Source of the DNA: a virus
Taxonomy: Duplodnaviria > Caudoviricetes
Length of the DNA stretch: 50,278 nt
Virus record (IMG/VR): IMGVR_UViG_3300037478_000110
Span: 1 to 50,278 of that record
Reading direction: 5' to 3' (one strand)
The notes beneath the pieces were generated by a model. That model ran no database searches. It was given only the letters and a program-made list of their open reading frames with translations, and had not been told where the DNA came from. This document shows positions 8,546-16,748 of the stretch, piece by piece (position 1 is the first letter of the stretch; each line of letters begins with the position of its first letter). The translations under genes were made by a program, and so were the position numbers.

Positions 8546-8755
8546 ATGAACTGGCTTCGGGGCCTGCTCGATCTGGCCTCCATCCTGCGCTCGATCCGCG
8601 ACTGGCTTCGTGGACGGGCGCAGGTGGCCCAAGCGGAGAAGGAAGATGATGCGAAAGTCGCTGAAATGGACGCTGCTCGGGATACTGCTGCTGACGCAGA
8701 CAGCGTGTCTTGGGAACGCGATTCCGATAATCGCGGGCGGGATGTCGATCGTTAA
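8546..8755 (+). CDS. Putative i-spanin (Rz-like)
   Basis: Amphipathic N-terminus plus charged helical tail; overlaps a lipoprotein ORF in another frame. Confidence 0.45.
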   Translation: MNWLRGLLDLASILRSIRDWLRGRAQVAQAEKEDDAKVAEMDAARDTAADADSVSWERDSDNRGRDVDR

Positions 8756-8951
8756 GTCCGGCATCGAACTGTCGGCGGGACAGAACCCGCTCACATCCGG
8801 CGTCGATCGAACCCGCGTGGCCTGCAAAGGCTTCCGGGTCCAAACCTACAGCCATGTCCCCGGCGATCCGGTGAAGTCGGACACGCCAGAGACGATCCGG
8901 CAGTTGCGCGGTCACAACGCGGCCTACCGAGCGCTGGGGTGCCCAAAATGA
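8646..8951 (+). CDS. Putative o-spanin (Rz1-like lipoprotein)
   Basis: MMRKSLKWTLLGILLLTQTA-C signal/lipobox; C-terminal DTPETIRQLRGHNAAYRALGC. Confidence 0.55.
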   Translation: MMRKSLKWTLLGILLLTQTACLGNAIPIIAGGMSIVKSGIELSAGQNPLTSGVDRTRVACKGFRVQTYSHVPGDPVKSDTPETIRQLRGHNAAYRALGCPK

Positions 8952-9178
8952 CCGCCATCACTGATTCCGTCGCCGCCATGCCCAATTCGTCGATGTGGTG
9001 GCCGATTATCCTGAGCGGCCTATGGAGCTTTTACATGGTCTGGCCCCGCCTAGATGGAGGTGGCGTGCCCTACGGCGGATACGCCAATATGCTTCCGTGG
9101 TGGGCGTCGCTCGGGCCGATCATCTTCTTCTGGGTGGCGTGGGCGGGGGCGGTCGCAATCGCGGGGGCGATGGCATGA
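8948..9178 (+). CDS. Small two-TM membrane protein
   Basis: ATGA-coupled; Trp-rich hydrophobic segments. Confidence 0.55.
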   Translation: MTAITDSVAAMPNSSMWWPIILSGLWSFYMVWPRLDGGGVPYGGYANMLPWWASLGPIIFFWVAWAGAVAIAGAMA

Positions 9179-9447
9179 TCGACACCGCCCTTCACGCCCT
9201 ACTTGCCGCCGTCGTCGCTGCCGGCTCCCACTACCTGCTCGGCATGGACTGGCAGGAATCCGCTCATATGGGCGCGCTTGCGGTCATCGTCCGTGAGATC
9301 GCCCAGGCTGAGGAAGTCGACAATAAGGTTGATTTCCTTCGTGGCCTCGCAATCTGGAAATGGGGGCGCAGGAAGCACGTCGAGTGCTGGGTGCCGGTTG
9401 GGCTGATCGAGGTCGCTGGTGCTGTCGTCGGTGTTGTGGCGGGCTAG
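9175..9447 (+). CDS. Small membrane protein, last rightward late gene
   Basis: ATGA-coupled; hydrophobic ends. Confidence 0.55.
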   Translation: MIDTALHALLAAVVAAGSHYLLGMDWQESAHMGALAVIVREIAQAEEVDNKVDFLRGLAIWKWGRRKHVECWVPVGLIEVAGAVVGVVAG

Positions 9448-9453
9448 GCGGGG

Positions 9454-9645
9454 CTATTCCTCGAATACCGGGTCCGCCAGCAGGGCCTTGATGGTCTCCA
9501 CATCGTACGAAGACAGGATGCCTCGCTCGGCTAGGAACAGCACCAGGCGATCAATCTTTTCATCGGCGGTCGGCGCGCGTTCACGCAGCCCCTGCGTGCC
9601 GATCTGAACTGAACCGTCTGATCTTGGGAAAAGCATAAACTTCAT
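9454..9645 (-). CDS. Hypothetical protein
   Basis: GGAG upstream; MKFMLFPRSDG...; convergent with the late operon. Confidence 0.5.
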   Translation of the reverse strand: MKFMLFPRSDGSVQIGTQGLRERAPTADEKIDRLVLFLAERGILSSYDVETIKALLADPVFEE

Positions 9646-9724
9646 TGCTCGCACTCCATCCTGGAACCCTACCACATGGGTGCCGGTTGTAGCCATAGAG
9701 GCCGTTGCGGCTGTTTTGGCGGTC

Positions 9725-9910
9725 CTATGAGCGATGCGGGCGGGTGACAATTCGTTCGCGCGCAGCCTCGATATCCATATAGCGTTCCCACTCGACGACG
9801 TGCTGTGGCGGCTCGCTGTCGCTGCCGTCGCTTGCCCAAGACATCGACGGGAACCGGCACTGTGGCCAGCACCCCATGAATTCCGGGCACCTGTGACACT
9901 TCAAAGCCAT
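9725..9910 (-). CDS. Hypothetical Cys-containing protein
   Basis: GGAGG RBS within the end of the HNH gene. Confidence 0.45.
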   Translation of the reverse strand: MALKCHRCPEFMGCWPQCRFPSMSWASDGSDSEPPQHVVEWERYMDIEAARERIVTRPHRS

Positions 9911-10462
9911 TCAATCCTCCATGTCCGATCCTGAAAAATTCAAAAGGGCGAACTCTCCAAACAGGGATATCGCCGCGCTATCGTAAGCCTTAGCGGCGGC
10001 AATTTCGTCGGTGTAATAGCCGAGATATTCGGTCTTGAAGTTGACCGTGATCTGCGCCTTCCATTTTTTCCTAAGGCCATCCCACTGTACACCCTTCCAC
10101 TGACTGCTCCCCCCGCTCGGGCGCTTATTTTTACCGTTCTCAGATGCTGAGCAAATGCGCAGGTTCGCGCGACGGTTATCGATCACCTTTATGTCGGAAT
10201 CGTAGTGCACGCGATGATCAACCATCAGACCGTCAGGCGGAGACATAATCTCGCGGTGCATAAGATGTGTGCGCCTGTCGTGCCCGCGCCCATTACGTTT
10301 TGCAAGCCACGCTCCGCAACATAAATTAGCATACCAGTTGTGCTCCCCTAAGATCGGCACCATGTCGGCGTCAATCAGCGCGATTACGCCCTGCGTGAGC
10401 GGAATTGCCCACGACTCATGCTCTTGCGAGTAGAACGGCTGGCGGATAGGTTTCTTGGGCAT
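9911..10462 (-). CDS. HNH homing endonuclease with C-terminal AP2 DNA-binding domain
   Basis: MHREIM..VDH..IDNRRANLRICSASEN (HNH); SSQWKGVQW..KKWKAQI..YLGYY.DE.AAAKAYD.AA..LFGEFALLNF (AP2). Confidence 0.9.
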   Translation of the reverse strand: MPKKPIRQPFYSQEHESWAIPLTQGVIALIDADMVPILGEHNWYANLCCGAWLAKRNGRGHDRRTHLMHREIMSPPDGLMVDHRVHYDSDIKVIDNRRANLRICSASENGKNKRPSGGSSQWKGVQWDGLRKKWKAQITVNFKTEYLGYYTDEIAAAKAYDSAAISLFGEFALLNFSGSDMED

Positions 10463-10544
10463 TTGCGGCCTCCGTAACAGGCTGTGGAATGTAGGGCTGG
10501 AGATGGCGTTGACGCGCCGCTCCGGCCCGCTTTTTATAGCAGAT

Positions 10545-11024
10545 TCAGCGAGTTGATCCAAGCCCCGCATCACGGTGCTGTGGCGCTAGGCGGGCACGCT
10601 CTTCAATCTCACTAAGCGCACCATGAAGTGCGTCGGTGAGAAGCGCCCGCTCGTCATCGCTCGGCTTGTGGCCGTCGCCACTGTCATGGCAAAACTCGTA
10701 GTCGTCGAGAAATGCTTCCACATCGAAGGCGTTGAAGGCGCCTTTAAGGTTCTCGGACGGTGCTTTCTGCATGTCATAATCTCCTGAAATTAGCCGGGTG
10801 CTATTTGCTGTTTTGGCGAACGCGCGAGCCAGCAGTTCCGCCCTTTCACCGTAGATCGAAGTTTGCAGTTCCGCGACGAATGTCGTTCGAATTTTCCCGT
10901 CATCGCCACGCCACTTGTGCCGGACAGCCCACACCTCTGGCGATGTCCCGTGGTTTACGTCCACGACGCCATCAACTACCGCATAGGGTTTAATTCCGAC
11001 CGCTGAGAATTCGCTGTTTTTCAT
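10545..11024 (-). CDS. Hypothetical protein (possible internal start near 10772)
   Basis: Leaderless-type TGG-TAGGGT-N6-ATG; internal GGAG RBS before MQKAPSE. Confidence 0.55.
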   Translation of the reverse strand: MKNSEFSAVGIKPYAVVDGVVDVNHGTSPEVWAVRHKWRGDDGKIRTTFVAELQTSIYGERAELLARAFAKTANSTRLISGDYDMQKAPSENLKGAFNAFDVEAFLDDYEFCHDSGDGHKPSDDERALLTDALHGALSEIEERARLAPQHRDAGLGSTR

Positions 11025-11089
11025 CCTAAAACCCTACCATATTTCGCCAAAGAGTCGTAGTGTGTTCCTGTCTGGCGGTGTCGGACCAG

Positions 11090-11284
11090 TCAGGCATGAT
11101 TGAAAATATCCCAAGAACCGTGACGGCGCGTCCATTCCCGGTGCAGCAACTCGACAAGGAACCACGCCCACAGGAATCGGAATGGATTCCACGTCGATTT
11201 CATCGTCTCCCATGCGCCTTGCCGAGCGCACCAAAGCGTGTCGTCAGATAAGCCTTCAAATGGTCGTCTCCAGTCAGGCAACAT
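11090..11284 (-). CDS. Hypothetical Trp-rich protein
   Basis: Overlaps the upstream stop in the early operon. Confidence 0.45.
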   Translation of the reverse strand: MLPDWRRPFEGLSDDTLWCARQGAWETMKSTWNPFRFLWAWFLVELLHREWTRRHGSWDIFNHA

Positions 11285-11534
11285 CAGTCCCCAGCGCGTC
11301 GCACGTCATCTTGTAGGCCACTTGCACCCGCCCATAGGCGACGTTCACGATCGGTCCTTCCATCCTGACTTGCACAACGCAGGCGTCCAGCCATGCTTTG
11401 AGCGCCTCCCTCAGTCTCTCGTTCTCCGCTCTGAGGGTCGAGAGTTCGGCCTTCGCCTTCTTGAGTGCGATCCGGGTTTCGCGAGCCCGCTTGAAGTCTT
11501 CTTCGTGGCCCATACCCTGATTATCCCAGAACAT
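11274..11534 (-). CDS. Hypothetical coiled-coil protein
   Basis: LRAENERLREAL motif common in phage early genes. Confidence 0.6.
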   Translation of the reverse strand: MFWDNQGMGHEEDFKRARETRIALKKAKAELSTLRAENERLREALKAWLDACVVQVRMEGPIVNVAYGRVQVAYKMTCDALGTDVA

Positions 11535-11537
11535 GTT

Positions 11538-11843
11538 TTATCCTTCCCTCCCCAGCTTCGCCGCCAGCATGGCGCGGTAGATGGGGGCGACCACGGCCTT
11601 TCGCTCTAGGCGACCTAGCTTCGCCCTCATTTCCCAGCCCGCTTCCTGCATTTCCCCCGTCACCTCCCCCAGTTCCCCAAGCACGGCGTCGACAGCGGCA
11701 GCGGCTTCGGATAGGTACTTGCACCGGCTGTACCCCGCAATGCCTTCCCAAGTCGCATTCGGGGCGTAGTCGCCCTCCCTGTGTCGCCAGAGCGCCCTTG
11801 CCGCCTTCTCCACCAGTACCTCATAGGGGGTGCGCTCAGTCAT
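11538..11843 (-). CDS. Hypothetical protein
   Basis: GAGG RBS; VEKAARAL...EMQEAG pattern of small phage early proteins. Confidence 0.6.
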   Translation of the reverse strand: MTERTPYEVLVEKAARALWRHREGDYAPNATWEGIAGYSRCKYLSEAAAAVDAVLGELGEVTGEMQEAGWEMRAKLGRLERKAVVAPIYRAMLAAKLGREG

Positions 11844-12099
11844 GGGTGGTCCTCTTGGATCGCGCTGAATTACATTCCGAACATTCGCACCCATCTATCG
11901 GGACGCCAGCGTCATGTCTCTTGTTCCAGAGATCACTACCGGCGTAGTGCGCCCCACGGCTGTACGGGCATTCCCAGTCGCATTCCTCGCTGCCAGCCTT
12001 AAGGCACTGGCCGTTCTGCATCAGGCCGCAATCCAGCCACGCTTCGTCGTCTTCCAGTTCGTCGGTGTCGTCGTCATAATAATCATATGTCTCGCTCAT
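11836..12099 (-). CDS. Cys-rich acidic hypothetical protein
   Basis: GGAG RBS; CGL..GQC.KAGSEECDWECP. Confidence 0.6.
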   Translation of the reverse strand: MSETYDYYDDDTDELEDDEAWLDCGLMQNGQCLKAGSEECDWECPYSRGAHYAGSDLWNKRHDAGVPIDGCECSECNSARSKRTTHD

Positions 12100-12125
12100 C
12101 TCACGTCTCCCTGAGGGTGGAAAAG

Positions 12126-12331
12126 GTAACGCAATGCGCAACGCAATGCGGCGTATTTCGGGGCATATCGGCGGGTGATTGAGGAACCGGGGCGGCGGAA
12201 AACTGCGGTTTTCTGCGGGTCTTGAGTAGGCTCGCATAACCTACCATTAGACGAGTCCCCAACGGTGCGCCTTGATATAGCACGGCTTTTGCCGGGTCAA
12301 GGCCGGAGGTAACGCAATGGGTAACGCAATG
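12126..12331. other. Putative attP: two pairs of arm-type repeats around a tRNA-like core
   Basis: G(T/C)AACGCAATG at 12126-12136, 12138-12148, 12309-12319 and 12321-12331; core 12261-12240 (minus) TGGGGACTCGTCTAATGGTAGG. Confidence 0.75.
12272..12300 (-). promoter_or_regulatory. Sigma70 promoter pointing into the tRNA-like att core
   Basis: TTGACC-N17-TATCAA (context GCTATAT), about 10 nt upstream of TGGGGACTC. Confidence 0.6.
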
Positions 12332-12336
12332 TGCGT

Positions 12337-12570
12337 TCATGCGGCGTTCCTCGGCAGCGGTGGCAGTGTCTGCCAATGAGTTGGAAACCGAGCGCCACTG
12401 GGAACCGAAAAGTCACGCCCGCTGGTCGGTGCCCCGTCACGGTGCTTCGGCCCGTGTTGGCGCGACGATATCCATCGGCGCTTACCGTCCGTCAGGAGAT
12501 AATCCTGACCATCCCACGGCGCTGTGCGGATACGGTTCCACCTGTCGCCCACGGCACGAGCGGGGGTCAT
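12337..12570 (-). CDS. DUF551-like phage protein
   Basis: W..I.TAP.DG...L ... PTHWQ.LP.LP signature. Confidence 0.65.
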   Translation of the reverse strand: MTPARAVGDRWNRIRTAPWDGQDYLLTDGKRRWISSRQHGPKHRDGAPTSGRDFSVPSGARFPTHWQTLPPLPRNAA

Positions 12571-12731
12571 GGCCGGAGTGCCGCGCGGATACAACGCAGC
12601 CCCATTGTCAGCATCTCCCAGCGGCTCAACCGCACATCGGTTTTGATCTCCGGGTTAAGGTCTTCGATGCGCAGAAAGCCGTTCTCGTACTTCAAGAGCA
12701 GGCCGGTGCGGTGCCAAGCTAGCGTGGTCAT
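12567..12731 (-). CDS. Hypothetical protein (54 aa)
   Basis: ATGA-coupled at both ends; MTTLAWHRTGLLLKYENG... Confidence 0.5.
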   Translation of the reverse strand: MTTLAWHRTGLLLKYENGFLRIEDLNPEIKTDVRLSRWEMLTMGLRCIRAALRP

Positions 12732-13402
12732 GGTTGTTTCCTTTCGGTGTTGCGGGACAGAAGTGTGCGGGCAGACACAACGCGGTGGTTCTCGTTCAGC
12801 ACTTCGCGCAGGGCAGGCGTAATGTCATCACGCGCCAGCAGCAGCGTAACCAGCCCGACCATCCCGGCCAGTTCGTTCGCCAACTCGTGCACCGTGGCAA
12901 TGTGCGGGGCGTTGAGTGCGGCGTTGATTTCCCTGACCCCGGCCGCCACGTTGTGGTAGGCGTCGTCGCGCTGGCGCGCTGTCATTGCATGGAGCGCCAG
13001 ACGCAATGTCTCGCGAGTGACGGAAACGAGTTCCTGATCGCGGTCGGGCTTATGCGCGCAGTCCTCGTAAATCGATTCCCAATCCGGCCGGGGAATCTCG
13101 CGTGCCTGTGCCTCTAGGGCGTGGCGCTGTGCGGCGACAATTTCGCTTATCTCGCGTCCACCCGCTTGCTCAAAAGTTTCAATCCCGAGGGCCTTCCAAA
13201 CGCGGTCTACAATTTGCCTTTCTTCGTCGCGCTCAACAGCTAAGGCTTCTAGGGCGTTGGCGGCTTGGCCCTCCACCGGGTCATCGACGGTCGGGTCAGC
13301 AAACCGACCACGGGCCTTCACCATTGTTGTTTTAGGGACGGCGACGCGGTGTTCCGCCATCCTCCGCAGCCGCTCCACCAATTCCTTGATGTCAGCGGTC
13401 AT
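12728..13402 (-). CDS. Mosaic early protein (ELVERLRR N-terminus)
   Basis: GGAGG RBS; shares DNA blocks with 16503-16748. Confidence 0.6.
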   Translation of the reverse strand: MTADIKELVERLRRMAEHRVAVPKTTMVKARGRFADPTVDDPVEGQAANALEALAVERDEERQIVDRVWKALGIETFEQAGGREISEIVAAQRHALEAQAREIPRPDWESIYEDCAHKPDRDQELVSVTRETLRLALHAMTARQRDDAYHNVAAGVREINAALNAPHIATVHELANELAGMVGLVTLLLARDDITPALREVLNENHRVVSARTLLSRNTERKQP

Positions 13403-13688
13403 CGCCGCCTCCACTCGCTACATGTGCGCGGTCAAGATGCGCGCCGCGTTCGATTTCATCGGCAAGAGCCGTGGCAAAATGAGACGGGATGGGAGCGTTT
13501 CGCACCCACCTAGCTATCAATTCTCGTTCCCTGCTCGGATGCTTATTGAAGGCGTCGGCCCACGCACGGCATTCCCGGTTCAACTGTTCGATTTCTTCGG
13601 CGCATTTGAGTATAATTTCACGAGCCTCGGAATCGACGAAACAAGCCTTGTCGGAGTACTCGCGAAGCATGGTGGTGGAGATGGTCAT
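13392..13688 (-). CDS. Hypothetical protein
   Basis: Coupled early-operon ORF. Confidence 0.55.
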   Translation of the reverse strand: MTISTTMLREYSDKACFVDSEAREIILKCAEEIEQLNRECRAWADAFNKHPSRERELIARWVRNAPIPSHFATALADEIERGAHLDRAHVASGGGDDR

Positions 13689-13996
13689 TTCGGATGAACC
13701 TCCAATTTTCTCGCCCGCGCCTTCGTTACCAATCTGATATCAACGAGGTAGTCGCCTGCGATGGCCTCAGGGCTGTAAATGCGCATCCTAACAGCAGCCT
13801 CCGGGCTATCGCCGAACCAGTGATCCCAGCGGCGGTCGAGCGTGTCGAAATAATCCTCAGCCACCTGCCGCGCCGCCTCCGAGCAGTGGATTGCGACACC
13901 GGGCCAGCCACCTTGCAACAGCGTCGCGTGCTTGCCGGTGCCGCCGACAAAATCGGCGTCGTCCTCGATCGTGATGGCCCATTCGATCTCGGTCAT
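13685..13996 (-). CDS. Hypothetical protein
   Basis: ATGA overlap with the integrase stop. Confidence 0.55.
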   Translation of the reverse strand: MTEIEWAITIEDDADFVGGTGKHATLLQGGWPGVAIHCSEAARQVAEDYFDTLDRRWDHWFGDSPEAAVRMRIYSPEAIAGDYLVDIRLVTKARARKLEVHPK

Positions 13997-15096
13997 TCTC
14001 CCGTTCCTTCCATTTTCGCCAGTGCCCCGACCGCCACCCTGAGCTGGTTCGCGCCCTTGGCATACTTCCTGAACATGGCGGCACTCATCCCGATCATGCG
14101 ACCGCCTTCCTGATCCGAAACGCCTGCCTCTGCCAACACAACCGCCGCGCTCTTGCGGTGCCCGTGGAACGTCAGCCCCGCGTCCCGGATCGGCTTGGCC
14201 CAATCCTTTTTCATCTCCCGGCCCCAGGCCGCGCCGAACGTGTCGGGGCTAAACGGCACCCCGTTTGCCTGCAACACGATCAGATCCGATCCGTCCGCCG
14301 GGACGACCTTGCGGGCCTTGTCCTCGACGATCCACCTGTCCCAAAGGGCGATAAGTTCCCGGTGCATCGGGATCAGGTAGGCATCACCGGTTTTCTTCTG
14401 GACTACCTTGACGACGTGTCGCGGAATAGAATCGAGGAGAACGACAACTCGGCTGGCTCGCGTGATGGCGATAACGTCCGACCGTCGCTGACCGAGATAG
14501 AGCCCAAGGCTGGCCGCGCGAGCCAGATCATGCCGCGCGTGTCTTTGTACAAGATCAAGCGCCCACTGCGGCCAGTCCTCGTGTCCGTCTCCATCCTGTC
14601 CGTTCCTTTCAATGGCAAGGCAAGGGTTGTCGGTCCTGTAGTCGCGCGGGATGCTCCACCTGATCAGGGTTTGCAGCACCGACAATTGAGCGTCGGCCGC
14701 GACCGGCGTTGCCTGCATGGAGTCGTGCATCGCCTGAACGTGGATCGGCTGCAAATCCCGGACCTTCACCTTTCCCATGCGGCGCTCTATGTCGAGCAGG
14801 TAGCGGTCGTATTCGCGGCGGGTCGCATCCGCCTTCCTGGTGTACTTCTGGTCCGCCTTGAATTCGCGGATCAGCCTGGAGAACGTGCCGGCATCGGTCG
14901 GCGTCTCAACCTTGCGCCCACTGGCGATTTCGTAGGCCGACCAGAACGCGGGCGACTTCGGATCGTCGGGCAAACGAACATAGGGACCAGCCTTTTTTGT
15001 TCCCCTATGTCGTTGAAAGTAGTAGTATATACGTCCATGGCGGGTCTTGCCAACATGAACGTATGGCGGCAATCTAAGCATCGATTTCCTGCCCAT
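13993..15096 (-). CDS. int: Tyrosine recombinase (phage integrase)
   Basis: Arm-binding N-terminus (LPPYV..RHGRIYYYF..RLPDDP.SP.FW.AY); catalytic GQRRSDV, QKKTG, FHGHRK and RKY. Confidence 0.92.
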   Translation of the reverse strand: MGRKSMLRLPPYVHVGKTRHGRIYYYFQRHRGTKKAGPYVRLPDDPKSPAFWSAYEIASGRKVETPTDAGTFSRLIREFKADQKYTRKADATRREYDRYLLDIERRMGKVKVRDLQPIHVQAMHDSMQATPVAADAQLSVLQTLIRWSIPRDYRTDNPCLAIERNGQDGDGHEDWPQWALDLVQRHARHDLARAASLGLYLGQRRSDVIAITRASRVVVLLDSIPRHVVKVVQKKTGDAYLIPMHRELIALWDRWIVEDKARKVVPADGSDLIVLQANGVPFSPDTFGAAWGREMKKDWAKPIRDAGLTFHGHRKSAAVVLAEAGVSDQEGGRMIGMSAAMFRKYAKGANQLRVAVGALAKMEGTGE

Positions 15097-15340
15097 GGAG
15101 TATCCCCCTCATGATCGGATCATCCCGTTCTTTTGGGGGTAGGTTAATCGCCTTGACGGCCTCTAGCACAGCGACACGATTCCAGCGGCGCGGGGCCTGT
15201 GGATAATTTCGGAACTTGACGCCTTGCGGCAGCAGGCCATCGGCCACCAGAGATCGGAACGTCGATGACGACATATCGAGCAGATAGGCCATGGTTTCGG
15301 CGTCGCAAAAATCTGGCGGATATGGTCTGTGGTGCGTCAT
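15074..15340 (-). CDS. Excisionase/AlpA-like HTH
   Basis: AYLLDMSSSTF..LV..G.LP.G....RRW; directly upstream of int. Confidence 0.75.
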   Translation of the reverse strand: MTHHRPYPPDFCDAETMAYLLDMSSSTFRSLVADGLLPQGVKFRNYPQAPRRWNRVAVLEAVKAINLPPKERDDPIMRGILHGQEIDA

Positions 15341-15607
15341 CTAGTCCCCTGCCTCGCGGATGGCGAGGGCGATGATATCGGCATCAATGCGGGTCGACGC
15401 ATGGCTGATCGCCACCTTCGCGCACCGCTCCCTCTCCCCCGCCGCTCTCGCGTCACCGTAGGACATGATGGCGGCGGTCAGGGCGTTGCAGTTGTTTCCG
15501 TGGATAGGTAGGAAGCGAGTTCCAGGGACATGCGGGTCGCGGCATTCTGTGCCGTATTCAGCGTGCGCGATCTCCCGCGCCCCGGCTTCATCACGGTCGT
15601 CATTCAT
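15341..15607 (-). CDS. Hypothetical protein
   Basis: ERERCAKVA motif common in phage early proteins. Confidence 0.55.
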   Translation of the reverse strand: MNDDRDEAGAREIAHAEYGTECRDPHVPGTRFLPIHGNNCNALTAAIMSYGDARAAGERERCAKVAISHASTRIDADIIALAIREAGD

Positions 15608-15776
15608 GGCGCGCATCTCCCATCGTCTGACTCGTTTCGATCCCACTGCCCGCGCAACGCCAGCAGATTACTTCCCGTGTTTCCGCCTCGCCGTTGAACG
15701 GCGTCTCCCAGTACCGGCCGCGCCCTCCGCAGGTGGGGCAGGCTTTTGGCTGCACTGCCGTGGTGGGCTCACCCAT
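15600..15776 (-). CDS. Small DnaJ-type Zn-finger protein
   Basis: CPTCGGRG...CWRCAGSG. Confidence 0.55.
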   Translation of the reverse strand: MGEPTTAVQPKACPTCGGRGRYWETPFNGEAETREVICWRCAGSGIETSQTMGDARHE

Positions 15777-16113
15777 GTCCCTGCGCCTCCCTCGCTCTCA
15801 ATATGGCGATCAGGTGGGCTCTGCATTCTGATGTCGGGTGCGACGCTACCGCTGTTTGTTCGGTGAGAATCAGAACAGTTACCGGGTTACCCGGTGCGTT
15901 CATCACGTCGCGCCGAATGCCCGGCAGCACCACCGCCTGCAACTCGGCGCAGGCATCGCGCCATGCGCCGACCAGAATCATTTCCATCAGCCGCGCGAGC
16001 CTGTCATCGTCCGGGTCGAGCGTGATCCAACACGCGCGGGCAACCTCGCGGAACAGGGGTGCGTCCATGGCGTCGCTGGAGGCAAGGCGGTCGATTAGTT
16101 TGGGGGTGGTCAT
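15769..16113 (-). CDS. Hypothetical protein
   Basis: Coupled ORF MTTPKLIDRLAS... Confidence 0.55.
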   Translation of the reverse strand: MTTPKLIDRLASSDAMDAPLFREVARACWITLDPDDDRLARLMEMILVGAWRDACAELQAVVLPGIRRDVMNAPGNPVTVLILTEQTAVASHPTSECRAHLIAILRAREAQGHG

Positions 16114-16349
16114 GGCGCGGGCTCCGCAGGCTTCGGCGTCAACTCCCGGATGCGCTTGTCCAGCACCCACACCAAATCCTCACCCATGCCGACGCTGGGT
16201 TGTGGCAGCAAGCGCAGGATCGTGGCCATATTGTCGTAAGCGTCGGCCTTGGGCTTGAGCCTGCTGATCTCAGCACGCAGACCCGCGATCTCCTGCTTAC
16301 AGCGGTTCATCATTTCGATGGCTTCAAGATTGTCGAACGTGTCTCGCAT
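16110..16349 (-). CDS. Hypothetical coiled-coil protein
   Basis: GGAG RBS; LKPKADAYD. Confidence 0.6.
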   Translation of the reverse strand: MRDTFDNLEAIEMMNRCKQEIAGLRAEISRLKPKADAYDNMATILRLLPQPSVGMGEDLVWVLDKRIRELTPKPAEPAP

Positions 16350-16502
16350 CTTGGTTCTCCTGGCGGTTAAGTGCTTCGGCTTTCCAGTCCCGTTCCGGCT
16401 GTGCAAGCCCGCGCACGAGCACGTCCTCGTTGTCGTCCTCGACGGTGCGAGACAGGCGGTATAGCTCGCGCATCTCGCGGTTGAAGGCCCTGCGCTGGGG
16501 GC

Positions 16503-16748
16503 TCATGACTTCGGCTCTGCTAGGGCGAGAGCGGCCTCAGCGGCAGCGATCCAACTTCTGCATGTCGCCTTGGCGGTGACTGTTTGATCGGGCGGGGCAT
16601 AGCCCTTCGCGAGCGGAAGGACCAACTCCAGCGCCCCATGAAGCCCCTTTATCGTGCGTGCCTGGGCCTCTAGGGCGGCGGCGGCTTCGCGGGCAGCGCA
16701 CTCGTGGCGTCGCAGCCGCTCCACCAGTTCCTTGAGGTCAGCGTTCAT
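16503..16748 (-). CDS. Hypothetical protein (ELVERLRR N-terminus)
   Basis: GGAGG RBS; paralogous start to 12728-13402. Confidence 0.6.
   Translation of the reverse strand: MNADLKELVERLRRHECAAREAAAALEAQARTIKGLHGALELVLPLAKGYAPPDQTVTAKATCRSWIAAAEAALALAEPKS

Noticed and set aside
12126-12331. Possible CRISPR or mini-array
   Set aside because: Repeats are 11 bp with 1-bp gaps in two pairs; no spacers and no cas genes. I saw no CRISPR array anywhere in the window
12101-12376. 91-aa ORF with HCVTHCVT/HCVAHCVT repeats
   Set aside because: The peptide repeats are translations of the DNA arm-type repeats; better explained as attP
14158-15114. 318-aa plus-strand ORF
   Set aside because: Antisense shadow of the integrase
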